The notes under the pieces are model-generated. The model made no database searches. It had not been told where the DNA came from and was given only the letters and a program-made list of their open reading frames with translations. DNA of 64,000 nt, from the NCBI GenBank assembly GCA_002269645.1, contig NIVC01003844.1:9882-73881 (forward strand), read 5' to 3'. Source of the DNA: Macrostomum lignano (lineage: Eukaryota). Positions 43,611-57,298 of the stretch are shown here, one piece after another. How positions within the stretch are numbered: the stretch's first letter is position 1; each line of letters begins with the position of its first letter. A program made the position numbers and the translations under genes.

Positions 43611-44575
43611 CTCCCCTGCCAGACAGCACCCCAAGCAGAGAGCCCCGTCCCCCTTTTTGAAGGTCGTTTACCGCGGCAAAAACGGGCACTTTACTGTTTT
43701 CAAACTTGACTGGCCTCATTCAGTTCTGTAAAACTCACGAGTTTCAAAGAAACGTCAACTTATCAAATCTAATACATACACTTCAAAATTAAATTTTGAT
43801 TAAATCAATGTACTGGGATGAAAGTTACTCTGGAGTTGGTGTAACAGTGTCAAACAAAACCTATCCCCCATAAATTTGATGGACTCCCATGCATGATGGG
43901 TTTCAGTATTTCAAGGCAGAGCTATATAACCCGATATGGGCCCCCCTTTGATGTGCACAGCTGCACGAGATGATAGCGCAACAGGTAGCGAGGAAACCAG
44001 ATTCCAAGCACGACGTGTCGGGAGTCTACATGGCTCGCTCGATGCATTTCAAAGAAACAAAAAACAGTTCAACAATGGGTGGATGGGAGGATGATTCAGC
44101 GTGCAGTAAGTCAGGGAATCAGAAAATATCCAATTACTGTTGCAAATGACCGTATTGGAACACCCAACAAGGATAGCATGACTGGATCATGCCAAGTAAT
44201 AACAATTTTACAATAATTCATTAGATTTCAACAATTCATTTGAACTGGATAATTTCTAACATTTCTTTATCTCTTTTAGTCCATAATTGGAAATTTAGTG
44301 GTCCTTGACTTAAACAGTAGTTTAATATTGGGCGATATAAGCAGCATAACAGTGCAAACATGCTCTCGTATCGTCCAATTAATTCTATAACCAAAATTCA
44401 TTCACCAGATTCCTGATTTATTTTCCTATTTGTCAATTGGCCTATACATGCGGTATGGGGACTTCACTCGCTCCCTGAAAAGTGGCTATGGTCGTAAATT
44501 ATGATTTTACCTGGGCGCCAAATCCCCTGTCATTGTACGAGTATGGGGCTTATATTGAAAATTAGTTAACACATG

Positions 44576-44730
44576 CAGGTGGGCTCGGAAAACTCCGGCC
44601 CACGAAGCCTCTCTATCCGGCCCTCGGGGTAACTTTGAAACTTCGCAATAGCAATCCGGGCCTATCCAGGCATGTGCTGTCTCTTCTCTGCTCTCCTCTC
44701 TCCCCTCTTAGCTCGTATCTCTCCTCTCAT
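44576..44730 (+). mobile_element. Partial copy of a hAT-Charlie-like MITE (same family as 55845-56137)
   Basis: CAGG..GGCTCGGAAAACTCCGGCCCACGAAGCCTCTCTATCCGG..CAATAGCAATCCGGGCCT plus pyrimidine tract matches the reverse complement of ~56055-56137. Confidence 0.65.
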
Positions 44731-45005
44731 TTGAACTCTAATCAGCGCATTGCATTGTCTGCTATACAGTTTGTCTCTGCAGGTTTGCTTTGAAAAGAAA
44801 TTTCTTAATAAATTAATCTGAAAACGAAAATCTAACACCCTGTTATACTCGTAGACTCGAACAAAACCATTTTGGAGTGTTATTGGTTTTAGTCTATACG
44901 CGCAGGCACACACTCACACAGGAGTGTACAGCGGTCCTAACTTTATTTATCGTTAGGCATGTACACTTCACTGCGCCTTGGGCTCATGGATTAGCCACAA
45001 ATTAA

Positions 45006-45535
45006 GGGGGCGCTTCACAAGACCTAAATTTCACAACGCCTAAAGCACATGACTTCACATCACCTAAATTTCATAACGCCTAAACTCGAAAGTGCAGCCT
45101 CCTTCACAACGCCTAAATTTCACATCGCCTAAATTTCACAACGCCTAAATTTCACAACGCCTAAAATTTCTGCACGCTCCTTCACATCGCCTAAATTTCA
45201 TAACGCCTAAAACCGAAAATGCATCCTACTTCATATCGCCTAAATTTCATATCGCCTAAATTTCATATCGCCTAAATTTCATATCGCCTAAATTTCATAT
45301 CGCCTAAACTTCATATCGCCTAAATTTCACAACACCTAAAACTGAATGTGAAGGAGAGAAGCAAAGATTTTAGGCGTTGTGAAATTTAGGCGATATGAAA
45401 TTTAGGCGATGTGAAAGAGCGTGCAAATATTTTAGGCGTTGTGAAATTTAGGCGATGTGAAGTGTGGTGGTTTTAGGCGTTGTGAAGTGTGGTGGTTTTA
45501 GGCGTTGTGAAATTTAGGTCTTATGAAAGCGTCCC
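45006..45535. mobile_element. MITE with GG-termini, inverted arrays of a 16-bp subterminal repeat and 8-bp TSD
   Basis: GGGGGCGCTTCACAAGACCTAAATTTCACAACGCCTAAA and its imperfect reverse complement; CAAATTAA at 44998-45005 and 45536-45543; CGCCTAAATTTCA(T/C)A repeats. Confidence 0.8.
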
Positions 45536-45620
45536 CAAATTAATGCGACTGCACTTGGAATCGAGCCTGAGCCGCTGGAAAACCATATTAAGGACTCCTT
45601 GGCTTCAGGAGCCAGACTGG

Positions 45621-45668
45621 GCCAATAAGTGCGCTCCCCAGTCTGCGGGCCCCCTGGCAGCCAATAAG
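45621..45668 (+). promoter_or_regulatory. Two CCAAT boxes upstream of Six1/2
   Basis: GCCAATAAG at 45621-45629 and 45660-45668, ~200-240 bp 5' of the ATG. Confidence 0.4.
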
Positions 45669-45860
45669 AATGCTCCAGCCGCCCATCTTCATCGGGCCGA
45701 ATTCGCGAGTGGGGTTTGGGGTTGAAGAGGGGGGACATTATAACACGCAAAATATCCCCCATCGATTTGATTAAGAAACGTCACGATCAGGATGGCTATA
45801 AACGACTGAATTTTTTTAGTCTTCATACCCTGCATCGTTATAGACCTCAGCCTCTCATCA

Positions 45861-46151
45861 ATGCAGCTGTACCAGCTTCATCAGCAGCAGCCGAATTCGT
45901 TGCTGCCAAATTTGGCATTCGGATTCACCCAAGAGCAGGTGGCGTGCGTTTGCGAAGTTCTGCTTCAAGGCGGCAACGTCGAACGACTCGCCAGATTTCT
46001 ATGGTCGCTGCCCCAATGCGAGCTGCTGAAACGCAACGAAAGCGTCGTGAAAGCCAGCGCCACAGTGGCTTTTCATCGCGGCAACTTCAAAGAGCTCTAC
46101 AGGCTGGTTGAGAGTCACAATTTTGCACCGCAGAATCACGCTCGAATGCAG
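45861..46151 (+). CDS. Six1/2: Six1/2 (sine oculis) homeobox gene, exon 1 (SIX domain N-part)
   Basis: [56 protein letters not shown]; GT donor at 46152, phase 0. Confidence 0.95.
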
Positions 46152-46253
46152 GTGAAGAGCCATTGTTCGCTTAAAATGCCATTTTTATTAGGATACATAT
46201 GCAAAAATTTATCGTTAAGGAAACTTTTAATGATGATTTGGTGCCCTTTAAGA

Positions 46254-46615
46254 TGATTTGGCGCCATCCTAGATGATTTGGCGCCATCTTAGATGATCTG
46301 GCGCCATCTTAGATGATTTGGCGCCATCCTAGATGATTTGGCGCCATCTTAGATGATTTGGCGCCATGTTCGATGATTTGGCGCCACTTAACATGATTTT
46401 GCGCCATTTATGATGATTTAGTGCCACTTAACATGATTTGGCGCTATTTATGATGATTAAGCGCCATTTAACATGATTTGGCGCTATTTATGATTATTTG
46501 GCGCCGCTTAAGATAATTTGGCACCTTTTTAGATGTCTTAGCGCCATTTATGGTGACTTAGCACCATTTATTATGATTTGGCGCCACTTAACATGATTCG
46601 GCGCCGTTTATAATT
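46254..46615. repeat. 20-bp minisatellite filling Six intron 1
   Basis: GATGATTTGGCGCCATCTTA and degenerate variants. Confidence 0.9.
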
Positions 46616-46656
46616 ACCATAATCTTGGTAAGCACTCATGCCCTCCCTCTTCGCAG

Positions 46657-47096
46657 GACCTGTGGCTGCGCGCTCGCTACACGGAGGCCGAGCGCCTACG
46701 CGGCCGTCCCCTCGGCGCCGTTGGCAAGTACCGGGTGCGCAAGAAGTTCCCGCTGCCGCGCACCATCTGGGACGGCGAGGAGACATCCTACTGTTTCAAG
46801 GAGCGTTCGAGAAACGCCCTGAGAGACTGGTACTCCAGGAACCCCTACCCGGCCCCCAGGGAGAAGCGGGACTTGGCCGAGGCAACCGGCCTGACCACCA
46901 CACAGGTGTCGAACTGGTTCAAGAATCGCAGGCAGCGAGACCGAGCAGCCGCCGCGGCCGCCGCCGCCGGGATTGGGCCGCTGGGGTCGCATAGCGGAGC
47001 TCGACCGATTCTGCGCGGCGTTGACGACACGGCTGACGATTTGTGCCAGGAGGAGGAGGCCTGTGAGGATGACACGAGCGATGCTGGAGCTGCTAT
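46657..47096 (+). CDS. Six1/2: Six1/2 exon 2 (SIX domain C-part + homeodomain)
   Basis: Acceptor CCCTCCCTCTTCGCAG; [73 protein letters not shown]; ETSY is diagnostic of Six1/2; GTGAGT donor at 47097. Confidence 0.95.
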
Positions 47097-47189
47097 GTGA
47101 GTGCAGGAGTGCAGAGAGGCTCTGTTGATGCCATAGAGGACAGAGCTATTTGAGGGGGTTTGAGGGCATTTTATATGACCTATGGGTAT

Positions 47190-47700
47190 TATTTTAGATC
47201 TGAGGGTATTCTTTTGAAACTGAGGGTGTTCTTTTGGATCTGAGGGTATTCTTTTGGATCTGAGGGTATTCTTTTGGATCTGAGGGTATTCTTTTGGATC
47301 TGAGGGCATCCTGTTGGATCTGAGGGTATTCCTTAAGATCTGAGGGTATTATTTTAGATCTGAGGGTATTATTTTAGGATCCGAGGGTATTCTTTTGGAT
47401 CGGAGGGTATTCCTTAAGATCTGAGGGTATTCTTTAGGATCTGAGGGTATTCTTTTGGATCTGAGGGTATTCCTTAAGATCTGAGGGTATTATTTTAGAT
47501 CTGAGGTTATTCTTTTGGACCTGAGGGTATTATTTTAGATCTGAGGGCATTCCTTAAGATCTGAGGGTATTCTTTTGGATCTGAGGGTATTCTTTTGGAT
47601 CGGAGGGTATTCCTTAAGATCTGAGGGTATTATTTTAGATCTGAGGGTATTCTTCTGGACCTGAGGGTATTAGTTTGAAGCTGAGGGTATTCTTTTACTT
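47190..47700. repeat. 20-bp minisatellite in Six intron 2
   Basis: GATCTGAGGGTATTCTTTTG tandem. Confidence 0.92.
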
Positions 47701-48614
47701 TCTCTTATTCTTGGGAAATTCTCAAAATCTTAGGGGTGGTATATTTTTAGTGAGGCACTTTTGCGACTCAGGAGAATGCTTGAGTCCCTAATTTAATTGA
47801 CTGATTTAACCGAAATTGTTCCATTTTTGTCAGAAAAACATATCTCTGACAATTGTTACTCTCAACCGAGAATATCAGATATTATTCTCCATGGGCATGG
47901 CAGAGGGTGAGGGCACATACGAGAGTGTACATGGGCTGACCGATTAGAATGTCGGGACTGCTGTACACAACGTGTGAGCGTGCAGTGTATTAATGTGTGC
48001 CTGTGTACAGCATTGGCGCGCTTGTATGTACGAGGAGTCAGGAGTCAGCGGAATGAGGCAGAATTGCTGTCAACGCTGGTTGTTGTGCCAGGGTGTCACG
48101 GATGGGTCTAAAACTTATAGAGAGCTGCTTGGGGAAGAGTTTTTGACTTCCAGGGGCTCCCGGCGCATTCATGCAGAGTCCGAAATCGAGGCCAAGCAAT
48201 CTGTGGGAACAAATGACGAATGCATCAAAAGGTAGCAGCAGACATATAGCTCGATATATGAAGCATGTTTTTGTTCTCACACATGTGGAAATATCCTATA
48301 TTCCAACACCATCCATTACTATAACACCTTTCTTCCGGCTCGCATATACGAGTATATGTGCGCTATGGCAGTTGGCACCATCATCCATTGTTTGTTTGAA
48401 TGCAACTTGACTTCCGGGCGTACAAAGAGAGAGAGAGAGAGAAAAATATTAATAACTGCACCGATTCTCGGACACAAATGACACTTATACTTTGACAGTC
48501 ATGACAGATCGACTGGGCACTAAGCTATAGTTAAATTTATTTGCGTTTTGGAACTTGGCTTGAATTATACTTGACCTCGGAAGGAAGCATGGTTTCGTGA
48601 GGTTTCCTCTTAGG

Positions 48615-51187
48615 ATCCCAGTTCAAGGAGCTTAGATCCAATGAAGACCCCAGTTCAAGGAGCTTAGATCCAATGAAGATCCCAGTTCAAGGAGCTCAGA
48701 TCCCCTGAAGATCCAAGTTCAAGGAGCTTAGATCCAATGAAGATCCCAGTTCAAGGAGCTTAGATCCAATGAAGATCCCAGTTCAAGGAGCTCAGATCCA
48801 ATGAAGATCTCAGTTCAAGGAGCTCAGATCCCCTGAAGATCCCAGTTCAAGGAGCTCAGATCCCCTGAAGATCCCAGTTCAAGGAGCTTCTAAAGATTCA
48901 ATGAAGATCCCAGTTCAAGGAGCTCAGATCCCCTGAAGATCCCAGTTCAAGGAGCTCAGATCCCCTGAAGATCCCAGTTCAAGGAGCTCAGATTCAATGA
49001 AGATCCCAGTTCAAGGAGCTCAGATCCCCTGAAGATCCCAGTTCAAGGAGCTCAGATCCCCTGAAGATCCCAGTTCAAGGAGCTTAGATCCAATGAAGAT
49101 CTCAGTTCAAGGAGCTCAGATCCCCTGAAGATCCCAGTTCAAGGAGCTTAGATCCAATGAAGATCCCAGTTCAAGGAGCTCTGATCCAATGAAGATCCCA
49201 GTTCAAGGAGCTCAGATCCAATGAAGATCTCAGTTCAAGGAGCTCAGATCCCTTGAAGATCCCAGTTCAAGGAGCTCAGATCCCCTGAAGATCCCAGTTC
49301 AAGGAGCTTCTAAAGATTCAATGAAGATCCCAGTTCAAGGAGCTCAGATCCCCTGAAGATCCCAGTTTAAGGAGCTCAGATCCCCTGAAGATCCCAGTTC
49401 AAGGAGCTCAGATCCCCTGAAGATCCCAGTTCAAGGAGCTCAGATCCCCTGAAGATCCCAGTTCAAGGAGCTCAGATTCAATGAAGATCCAAGTTCAAGG
49501 AGCTCAGATCCCCTGAAGATCCCAGTTCAAGGAGCTCAGATCCAATGAAGATCCCAGTTCAAGGAGCTTAGATCCAATGAAGATCTCAGTTCAAGGAGCT
49601 CAGATCCAATGAAGATCCCAGTTCAAGGAGCTTAGATCCAATGAAGATCCCAGTTCAAGGAGCTCAGATCCCCTGAAGATCCCAGTTCAAGGAGCTCAGA
49701 TTCAATGAAGACCCCAGTTCAAGGAGCTTAGATCCCCTGAAGATCCAAGTTCAAGGAGCTTAGATCCAATGAAGATCCCAGTTCAAGGAGCTTAGATCCA
49801 ATGAAGATCTCAGTTCAAGGAGCTCAGATCCCCTGAAGATCCCAGTTCAAGGAGCTCAGATCCCTGAAGATCCAAGTTCAAGGAGCTCAGATCCCCTGAA
49901 GATCCCAGTTCAAGGAGCTCAGATCCCCTGAAGATCCCAGTTCAAGGAGCTCAGATCCCCTGAAGATCCAAGTTCAAGGAGCTCTGATCCCCTGAAGATC
50001 CAAGTTCAAGGAGCTCAGATCCCCTGAAGATCCCAGTTCAAGGAGCTCAGATCCCCTGAAGATCCCAGTTCAAGGAGCTTAGATCCAATGAAGATCTCAG
50101 TTCAAGGAGCTCAGATCCAATGAAGATCCCAGTTCAAGGAGCTTAGATCCAATGAAGATCCCAGTTCAAGGAGCTCAGATTCAATGAAGATCCCAGTTCA
50201 AGGAGCTCTGATCCCCTGAAGATCCCAGTTCAAGGAGCTCAGATCCCCTGAAGATCCCAGTTCAAGGAGCTCAGATCCCCTGAAGATCCCAGTTCAAGGA
50301 GCTTAGATCCAATGAAGATCTCAGTTCAAGGAGCTCAGATCCAATGAAGATCCCAGTTCAAGGAGCTTAGATCCAATGAAGATCCCAGTTCAAGGAGCTC
50401 AGATCCCCTGAAGATCCCAGTTCAAGGAGCTCAGATCCCCTGAAGATCCCAGTTCAAGGAGCTCAGATCCCCTGAAGATCCCAGTTCAAGGAGCTCAGAT
50501 CCAATGAAGATCCCAGTTCAAGGAGCTTAGATCCAATGAAGATCCCAGTTCAAGGAGCTTAGATCCAATGAAGATCCCAGTTCAAGGAGCTTAGATCCAA
50601 TGAAGATCCCAGTTCAAGGAGCTTAGATTCAATGAAGATCCCCCAGTTCAAGGAGCTCAGATCCCCTGAAGATCCCAGTTCAAGGAGCTTAGATCCCCCG
50701 AAGATCCCAGTTCAAGTATCTTGAATCCCCCGAAGATCCCAGTTCAAGTATCTTGAATCCCCGAAGATCCCAGTTCAAGTATCTTGAATCCCCCGAAGAT
50801 CCCAGTTCAAGTATCTTGAATCCCCGAAGATCCCAGTTCAAGTATCTTGAATCCCCCGAAGATCCCAGTTCAAGTATCTTGAATCCCCCGAAGATCCCAG
50901 TTCAGCTATCTTGAATCCCCCGAAGATCCCAGTTCAAGTATCTTGAATCCCCCGAAGATCCCAGTTCAAGTATCTTGAATCCCCGAAGATCCCAGTTCAA
51001 GTATCTTGAATCCCCCGAAGATCCCAGTTCAAGTATCTTGAATCCCCGAAGATCCCAGTTCAAGTATCTTGAATCCCCGAAGATCCCAGTTCAAGTATCT
51101 TGAATCCCCCGAAGATCCCAGTTCAAGTATCTTGAATCCCCCGAAGATCCCAGTTCAAGTATCTTGAATCCCCCGAAGATCCCAGTT
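48615..51187. repeat. 32-bp minisatellite (~80 copies) with a distinct 3' variant domain
   Basis: GAAGATCCCAGTTCAAGGAGCTCAGATCCCCT, switching to GAAGATCCCAGTTCAAGTATCTTGAATCCCCC from ~50700. Confidence 0.96.
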
Positions 51188-52169
51188 AAAAAATAGTTGA
51201 ACGTCGGATTCAAAAACGCCAGATTTAAGAAATTTCTTTTTTATAAAAAAATAACAAGACACTAAAGTTCATAAAGCTGACTTTATTCAGTTTTGTTTTC
51301 ATGCCAGACACTCAAAATGCAGTTGACTCATCTAGCTCATGAAAACGTCTATGGAATAAACCGGGATTCTGCTTGCTTACATGCATTTCCGGTGTCCCTA
51401 CAAAGTTTCAGAGTGAATCTTCACTCTTATACTGAATCAGACCGACGCATAACTATTTATTAGCTTCATATGATTTTTAATCAGTCAGTCGGTCTGGTAT
51501 TTCGAAAATTTTCTTAGTTAAACTGATAACTCACCTTCCGCGGAGCTTCCCCTCAGACAGAGAGGCAAACAGCTTTGTATTCGGGATTCCCTATCTAAAG
51601 CGGGACATTTTTCATGGATGAATGAATGGTCATACTCATAATTCAACCCTTAAATAGCTACCTATCCAACCTGCATATTAGCTTCGAACAGTTGCAAACT
51701 AACGGGCATGTATAACACAGATGCAACATAAAGATATCCAGGGACTTCCTCTTTTCCCTTTCAACGTGGTGGCGTAAAAATGTTTTCTAATTCGCTTTCA
51801 ATTTTATGATGTCAAATTTTCGGGAGCTCGGGTACACGGGTACTTTGTGCGATGATTCGTTTTACAAATCTAACATGTATTATAAAGGTATGCGGTCTTT
51901 ATCAAAGCTTTGTAGACAGACAAGACTTTTAATTATTGGACTGTCTGTGTAATTGTAAACGAAAAGTGTCAAGAAAAGACGCGCTGGTTGTTAAATTAAT
52001 TGTTACGGAGAATGTTAAAGGACGCCCATATTTAGCCATAACTGTAAGTGCCAAGTTTAGGTTGTAAAACTAAGTTTTTTTGTCGAAACCTGATCCCTTT
52101 TTGACTGCTGGACATCCGCTGTAGATAGCATGATTAATTATCATTAACTGTTAGATAGGATCAGTACAT

Positions 52170-54200
52170 TTTAGATAAAGATCATTAGCTGTTAGACATG
52201 GATCGTTAGCTGCTCAGACAAGGATCATTAGCTGTTAGACAAGGATCAATAGCTGTTAGATAATTGGATTATTAGTTGTTAGACAAATATCATTAGCTGT
52301 TAGATAGGGATCAATAGCTGTTAGACAAGGATCAATAGCTGTTAGATAAGGATCATTATCTGTTAGATAATTGGATCATTAGTTGTTAGACAAATATCAT
52401 TAGCTGTTAGATAGGGATCAATAGCTGTTAGACAAGGATCAATAGCTGTTAGATAAGGATCATTATCTGTTAGATAATTGGATTATTAGTTGTTAGACAA
52501 ATATCATTAGCTGTTAGATAGGGATCAATAGCTGTTAGACAAGGATCAATAGCTGTTAGATAAGGATCATTATCTGTTAGATAATTGGATCATTAGTTGT
52601 TAGACAAAGATCATTAGCTGTTAGATAGGGATCAATAGCTGTTAGACAAGGATCAATAGCTGTTAGATAAGGATCATTATCTGTTAGATAATTGGATCAT
52701 TAGTTGTTAGACAAAGATCATTAGCTGTTAGATAGGGATCAATAGCTGTTAGACAAGGATCAATAGCTGTTAGATAAGGATCATTATCTGTTAGATAATT
52801 GGAATATTAGTTGTTAGACAAATCTCATTAGCTGTTAGATAGGGATCAATAGCTGTTAGACAAGGATCAATAGCTGTTAGATAAGGATCATTATCTGTTA
52901 GATAATTGGATCATTAGTTGTTAGACAAATATCATTAGCTGTTAGATAGGGATCAATAGCTGTTAGACAAGGATCAATAGCTGTTAGATAAGGATCATTA
53001 TCTGTTAGATAATTGGATCATTAGTTGTTAGACAAAGATCATTAGCTGTTAGATAGGGATCAATAGCTGTTAGACAAGGATCAATAGCTGTTAGATAAGG
53101 ATCATTATCTGTTAGATAATTGGATCATTAGTTGTTAGACAAATATCATTAGCTGTTAGATAGGGATCAATAGCTGTTAGACAAGGATCAATAGCTGTTA
53201 GATAAGGATCATTATCTGTTAGATAATTGGATCATTAGTTGTTAGACAAAGATCATTAGCTGTTAGATAGGGATCAATAGCTGTTAGACAAGGATCAATA
53301 GCTGTTAGATAAGGATCATTATCTGTTAGATAATTGGATCATTAGTTGTTAGACAAATATCATTAGCTGTTAGATAGGGATCAATAGCTGTTAGACAAGG
53401 ATCAATAGCTGTTAGATAAGGATCATTATCTGTTAGATAATTGGATCATTAGTTGTTAGACAAAGATCATTAGCTGTTAGATAGGGATCAATAGCTGTTA
53501 GACAAGGATCAATAGCTGTTAGATAAGGATCATTATCTGTTAGATAATTGGATCATTAGTTGTTAGACAAATATCATTAGCTGTTAGATAGGGATCAATA
53601 GCTGTTAGACAAGGATCAATAGCTGTTAGATAAGGATCATTATCTGTTAGATAATTGGATCATTAGTTGTTAGACAAATATCATTAGCTGTTAGATAGGG
53701 ATCAATAGCTGTTAGACAAGGATCAATAGCTGTTAGATAAGGATCATTATCTGTTAGATAATTGGATCATTAGTTGTTAGACAAAGATCATTAGCTGTTA
53801 GATAGGGATCAATAGCTGTTAGACAAGGATCAATAGCTGTTAGATAAGGATCATTATCTGTTAGATAATTGGATCATTAGTTGTTAGACAAATATCATTA
53901 GCTGTTAGATAGGGATCAATAGCTGTTAGACAAGGATCAATAGCTGTTAGATAAGGATCATTATCTGTTAGATAATTGGATCATTAGTTGTTAGACAAAG
54001 ATCATTAGCTGTTAGATAGGGATCAATAGCTGTTAGACAAGGATCAATAGCTGTTAGATAAGGATCATTATCTGTTAGATAATTGGATCATTAGTTGTTA
54101 GACAAAGATCATTAGCTGTTTAATAGGGATCATTAGCTGTTAGACATGGATCATTAGCTGTTAGATAAGGATCAATAGCTGTTAGATAAGGATCAATAGC
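52170..54200. repeat. 107-bp higher-order repeat of five ~21-bp subunits (~18 copies)
   Basis: GATCA(A/T)TAGCTGTTAGA(C/T)A.. subunits; period 107 (equivalent positions 52310 and 52417). Confidence 0.95.
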
Positions 54201-54386
54201 TATCATATAGTCGTTAAATATCATCTGATAGATTGGTCGTAAATTTCATCTGTCAGACAAGGTTTATATCTGCGTTTATATCTGCGGACAACAAACCCTT
54301 ATGGCAAATCGAAAACGTTTCAATATATAATTTTACATGTGCCGATGCCTTATTAAACAATCTAGTCAACCCGTGTCATATTCTAG

Positions 54387-54690
54387 GAAATCAGATTCGT
54401 GCTGCAAGCTGGGCGGGTCTCCACCGGCCCCGAAGGCGGAGCAGCCGGTGACAGCCAAGCTGAGTCTGTCTGTGAGCAGCTCGCACTACAATGTGCTCAA
54501 CGCCTGCGCTAGCGGAAGCGGCGGATGCAGCGACACTTCGTTTTCCCCTCCGCAAGAGCTGCACCACCAGCTGCTGTATCCGCATCAGTCTCCGTATTAT
54601 CAGCACCAGCAGCAGCACCAACAACAGGCTCTTTACCACAGCAGTTTGATGAATGGCTATTTGCCCTTGCCAGCGATGGGTCAGCTCTAA
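54387..54690 (+). CDS. Six1/2: Probable Six1/2 exon 3 (S/P/Q/H-rich C-terminus); spliced protein ~344 aa
   Basis: TTCTAG acceptor; phase 2 matches the exon-2 donor (AT|G AAA TCA); GC-rich coding-like island in AT-rich sequence; ends in TAA. Confidence 0.65.
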
Positions 54691-55844
54691 ATCTTACTTA
54701 TGGAGTACAGCAATTGATAATGAGTTTAAAGCTATACTCGTAAATAGGCTTCACTCAGCTGTAAAAAATGAATTTATTCAATCTTTTGTTGCTTCTCCGT
54801 GTGGAAATTTTCAATCGCGTGGCCCTTGTTTTAGATTTGATGTGATTTTTTAGTACATGCAGCAAACCTTTTCTGGAGCTCACATGAAGCTTAATAAATC
54901 CATTTACCATCGTCCGATTGAAATTAACACCATTTATTGAGCTGAAGTGCTTGTTGTGCCTCGTAAATCAAATACTCGTAAAACATGATTGAAGTTCGAA
55001 TCTTAGGCTTTTGAATAATATACGTTCTACTTTCACTCGGCTACTTAAATATTTGTCAAGACAATTAAGACTGGCACATGTCGATGTCGCCGAAGACAAA
55101 CATCTATACGAGTAATTTTGAAATATGTTTGAAACTTCTTAATATCTGCAATTTCAAGTTTTCGATCGCTGTGAAAAACTGAAACGTGACTTTTAGCCCC
55201 AAACTTCGAGGTGCGAAGTGAACTGTAAAGGTCTTTGTTCCTCGTAGCTTTTGTTGTTGATTTGAAAAGCGCCTCTCAGCTTTTAGCACAAACTATAACA
55301 AAGACTTCTAGTGGGCCAAAGAAGATGTATAAAGACCACCCATGCAGGCCCAGTAACAAGAAATCCATTCATTCAAAGATTTTAACATTTCACCACCTCC
55401 TATATTTATTATCACTATGAGAGAGAGAATTTGGAAACTTCAGTGTCCCCTCCCTGTTGAAGTCGGAATCTTTTTAGAAAAATAAATCTCTCCAAAATTG
55501 GCAGCACCGATTCTGTCTACAGGAGTTGAATGGAGAAATTTAAACAAAATCAGTCTTGTGTCATCGGCAGCAGACAAACACAAGTCTGAATTTTCAATCT
55601 AAACAACAGATAAACAGAAGAAGCTGGTGGGCAACACTTCTTCAATCGATATTTTACGAAACGAATTCATTTTAAAGCTGATAATGAATTCAGCGATGTG
55701 AAGTATCTAAGGTGTTGTGAAAGGAAGCATCCATTTTTTTAATTTTACAAGTGAATCAACTTTAACAGAAGAGACCAATTTTACGGATTCCAGTTCAACA
55801 AGCACTCACTGCGAGCTTTGGCATCAAAGCCGATCCTTTTAAGC

Positions 55845-56137
55845 CACGGGTTGGCAAACTTTCTACCAGAAGAAAGGGAGAGAGGAGAGGGAATAGAGAA
55901 GAGAAATAGGAGAAAGGGGAGACTAATGAATGAAGGAGAAGAGAGGAAAGAAGAGACGAGAGGAGAGAGGAGGGGAGGGAGAAGAGAGAGGAAAAGGGAG
56001 AGGAAAGGAGAGAGAGGAGGGAAAGGAGAGGAAAGGAAGACACAAACCTTGAGCAGGCCCGGATTGCTATTGTGAAGCTTTAAAGGACCTGAGGTCCGGA
56101 TAGAGAGGCTTCGCGGGCCGTAGTTCGCCGACCCCTG
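55845..56137 (-). mobile_element. hAT-Charlie-like MITE with purine-rich core
   Basis: Ends CACGGGTTGGCAAACT and AGTTCGCCGACCCCTG; TTTTAAGC flanks both sides (right copy offset by 2 nt). Confidence 0.7.
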
Positions 56138-57298
56138 ATTTTTAAGCCTTGGCTTAACCCCAACTTCTACTCTCTACTTCTTGCAGATGCCACTGATGCC
56201 TACTAACAAGTCCCTTGGCATCCAAGCAACCCACCCCCATGAGCCACGGCATTTCAGCGATTCTCCCAAATGAGCCTTGAAAGTTGTCTGAAAATGGTCG
56301 CGATTAGCTCCCAAGCTCCGATTCTAAGAAACAGAGGAAGTCCACAATAACTGCAGCCGAACACGCGACTAGACATTGTTGCAGTCCAGTTGGTCACGTG
56401 ACATAGAAAGGAACCAAAACTAAGCCCCCTTCGCACGCGCGCCTATTGTTTTAAATCAACGTTTATAATAAAAAAACGCGTTACTGCTCTTGCATTTGAC
56501 AAAGAAAACCCTGAACTGGAGAAGGCATTGATCCATCTATCCATCCTTTGCATTAAGTCACTTCAAGCGTTCTCAAACTCAAAGCAGACTGATAATGATC
56601 ATCTTTCATAGGTCCAAAAAAAGTGGCGGGATGCTTGGAGGACACGTGTCATAATCCTATCACATGGTGCGCTTTTTTGTATTTGAATTGACAGAATTTA
56701 GAACAGCTGTGCAGCAAACCTTAGCAATCTGATTCTTTTCTGAGATGTCTACCTGTAATAGTTTCCTTAAACTTCTATTGAAACATTTTTTCATACTTTT
56801 CTTCTTTAAAATTGATTACTCGGGCAAAGATAAAGAGCCTTTTTGAGTTGTTTTTGGGGAATGGCACGACAAAACTATTTTATTCTTCAAACAGCAAACC
56901 ACATAAATGAATGGGCCGGTTTTTGTACAACCAACTACATTATGCTATAATTGAGAAACGTGAAATTGAAATCAGCGCTTCTATACTCACTAAGAAATAA
57001 CATCAAAAGTTCAAATCTGTTAGGAAAAACAACAATAGGACTCATCAACACTGTGACCAGTTAGCAAATTATAAAGTATACATTATACTCCACAGCACAA
57101 AATGTAGTTAAATTGTAATAATTGATATCAACTATTGATAAAACCTAAACAGTAAGGACAAGATAAATAGGCTTGAATAAACTTGGATAAATTTGGCTGA
57201 AAAAATACAAATTGCACGACAAGCTGTGACTGCACGTTTCAATGCTTCATTAATTATTACTTCTTGAAGATACGAGTGTCACCCCTAGGTCATGAGGC

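Noticed and set aside
42809-43709. Cys/Pro/Gly-rich ORFs resembling keratin-associated proteins
   Set aside because: Translations of a C-rich minisatellite with variable unit length.
56393-56402. GTCACGTGAC CLEAR/E-box palindrome
   Set aside because: A single 10-mer with no linked promoter evidence.
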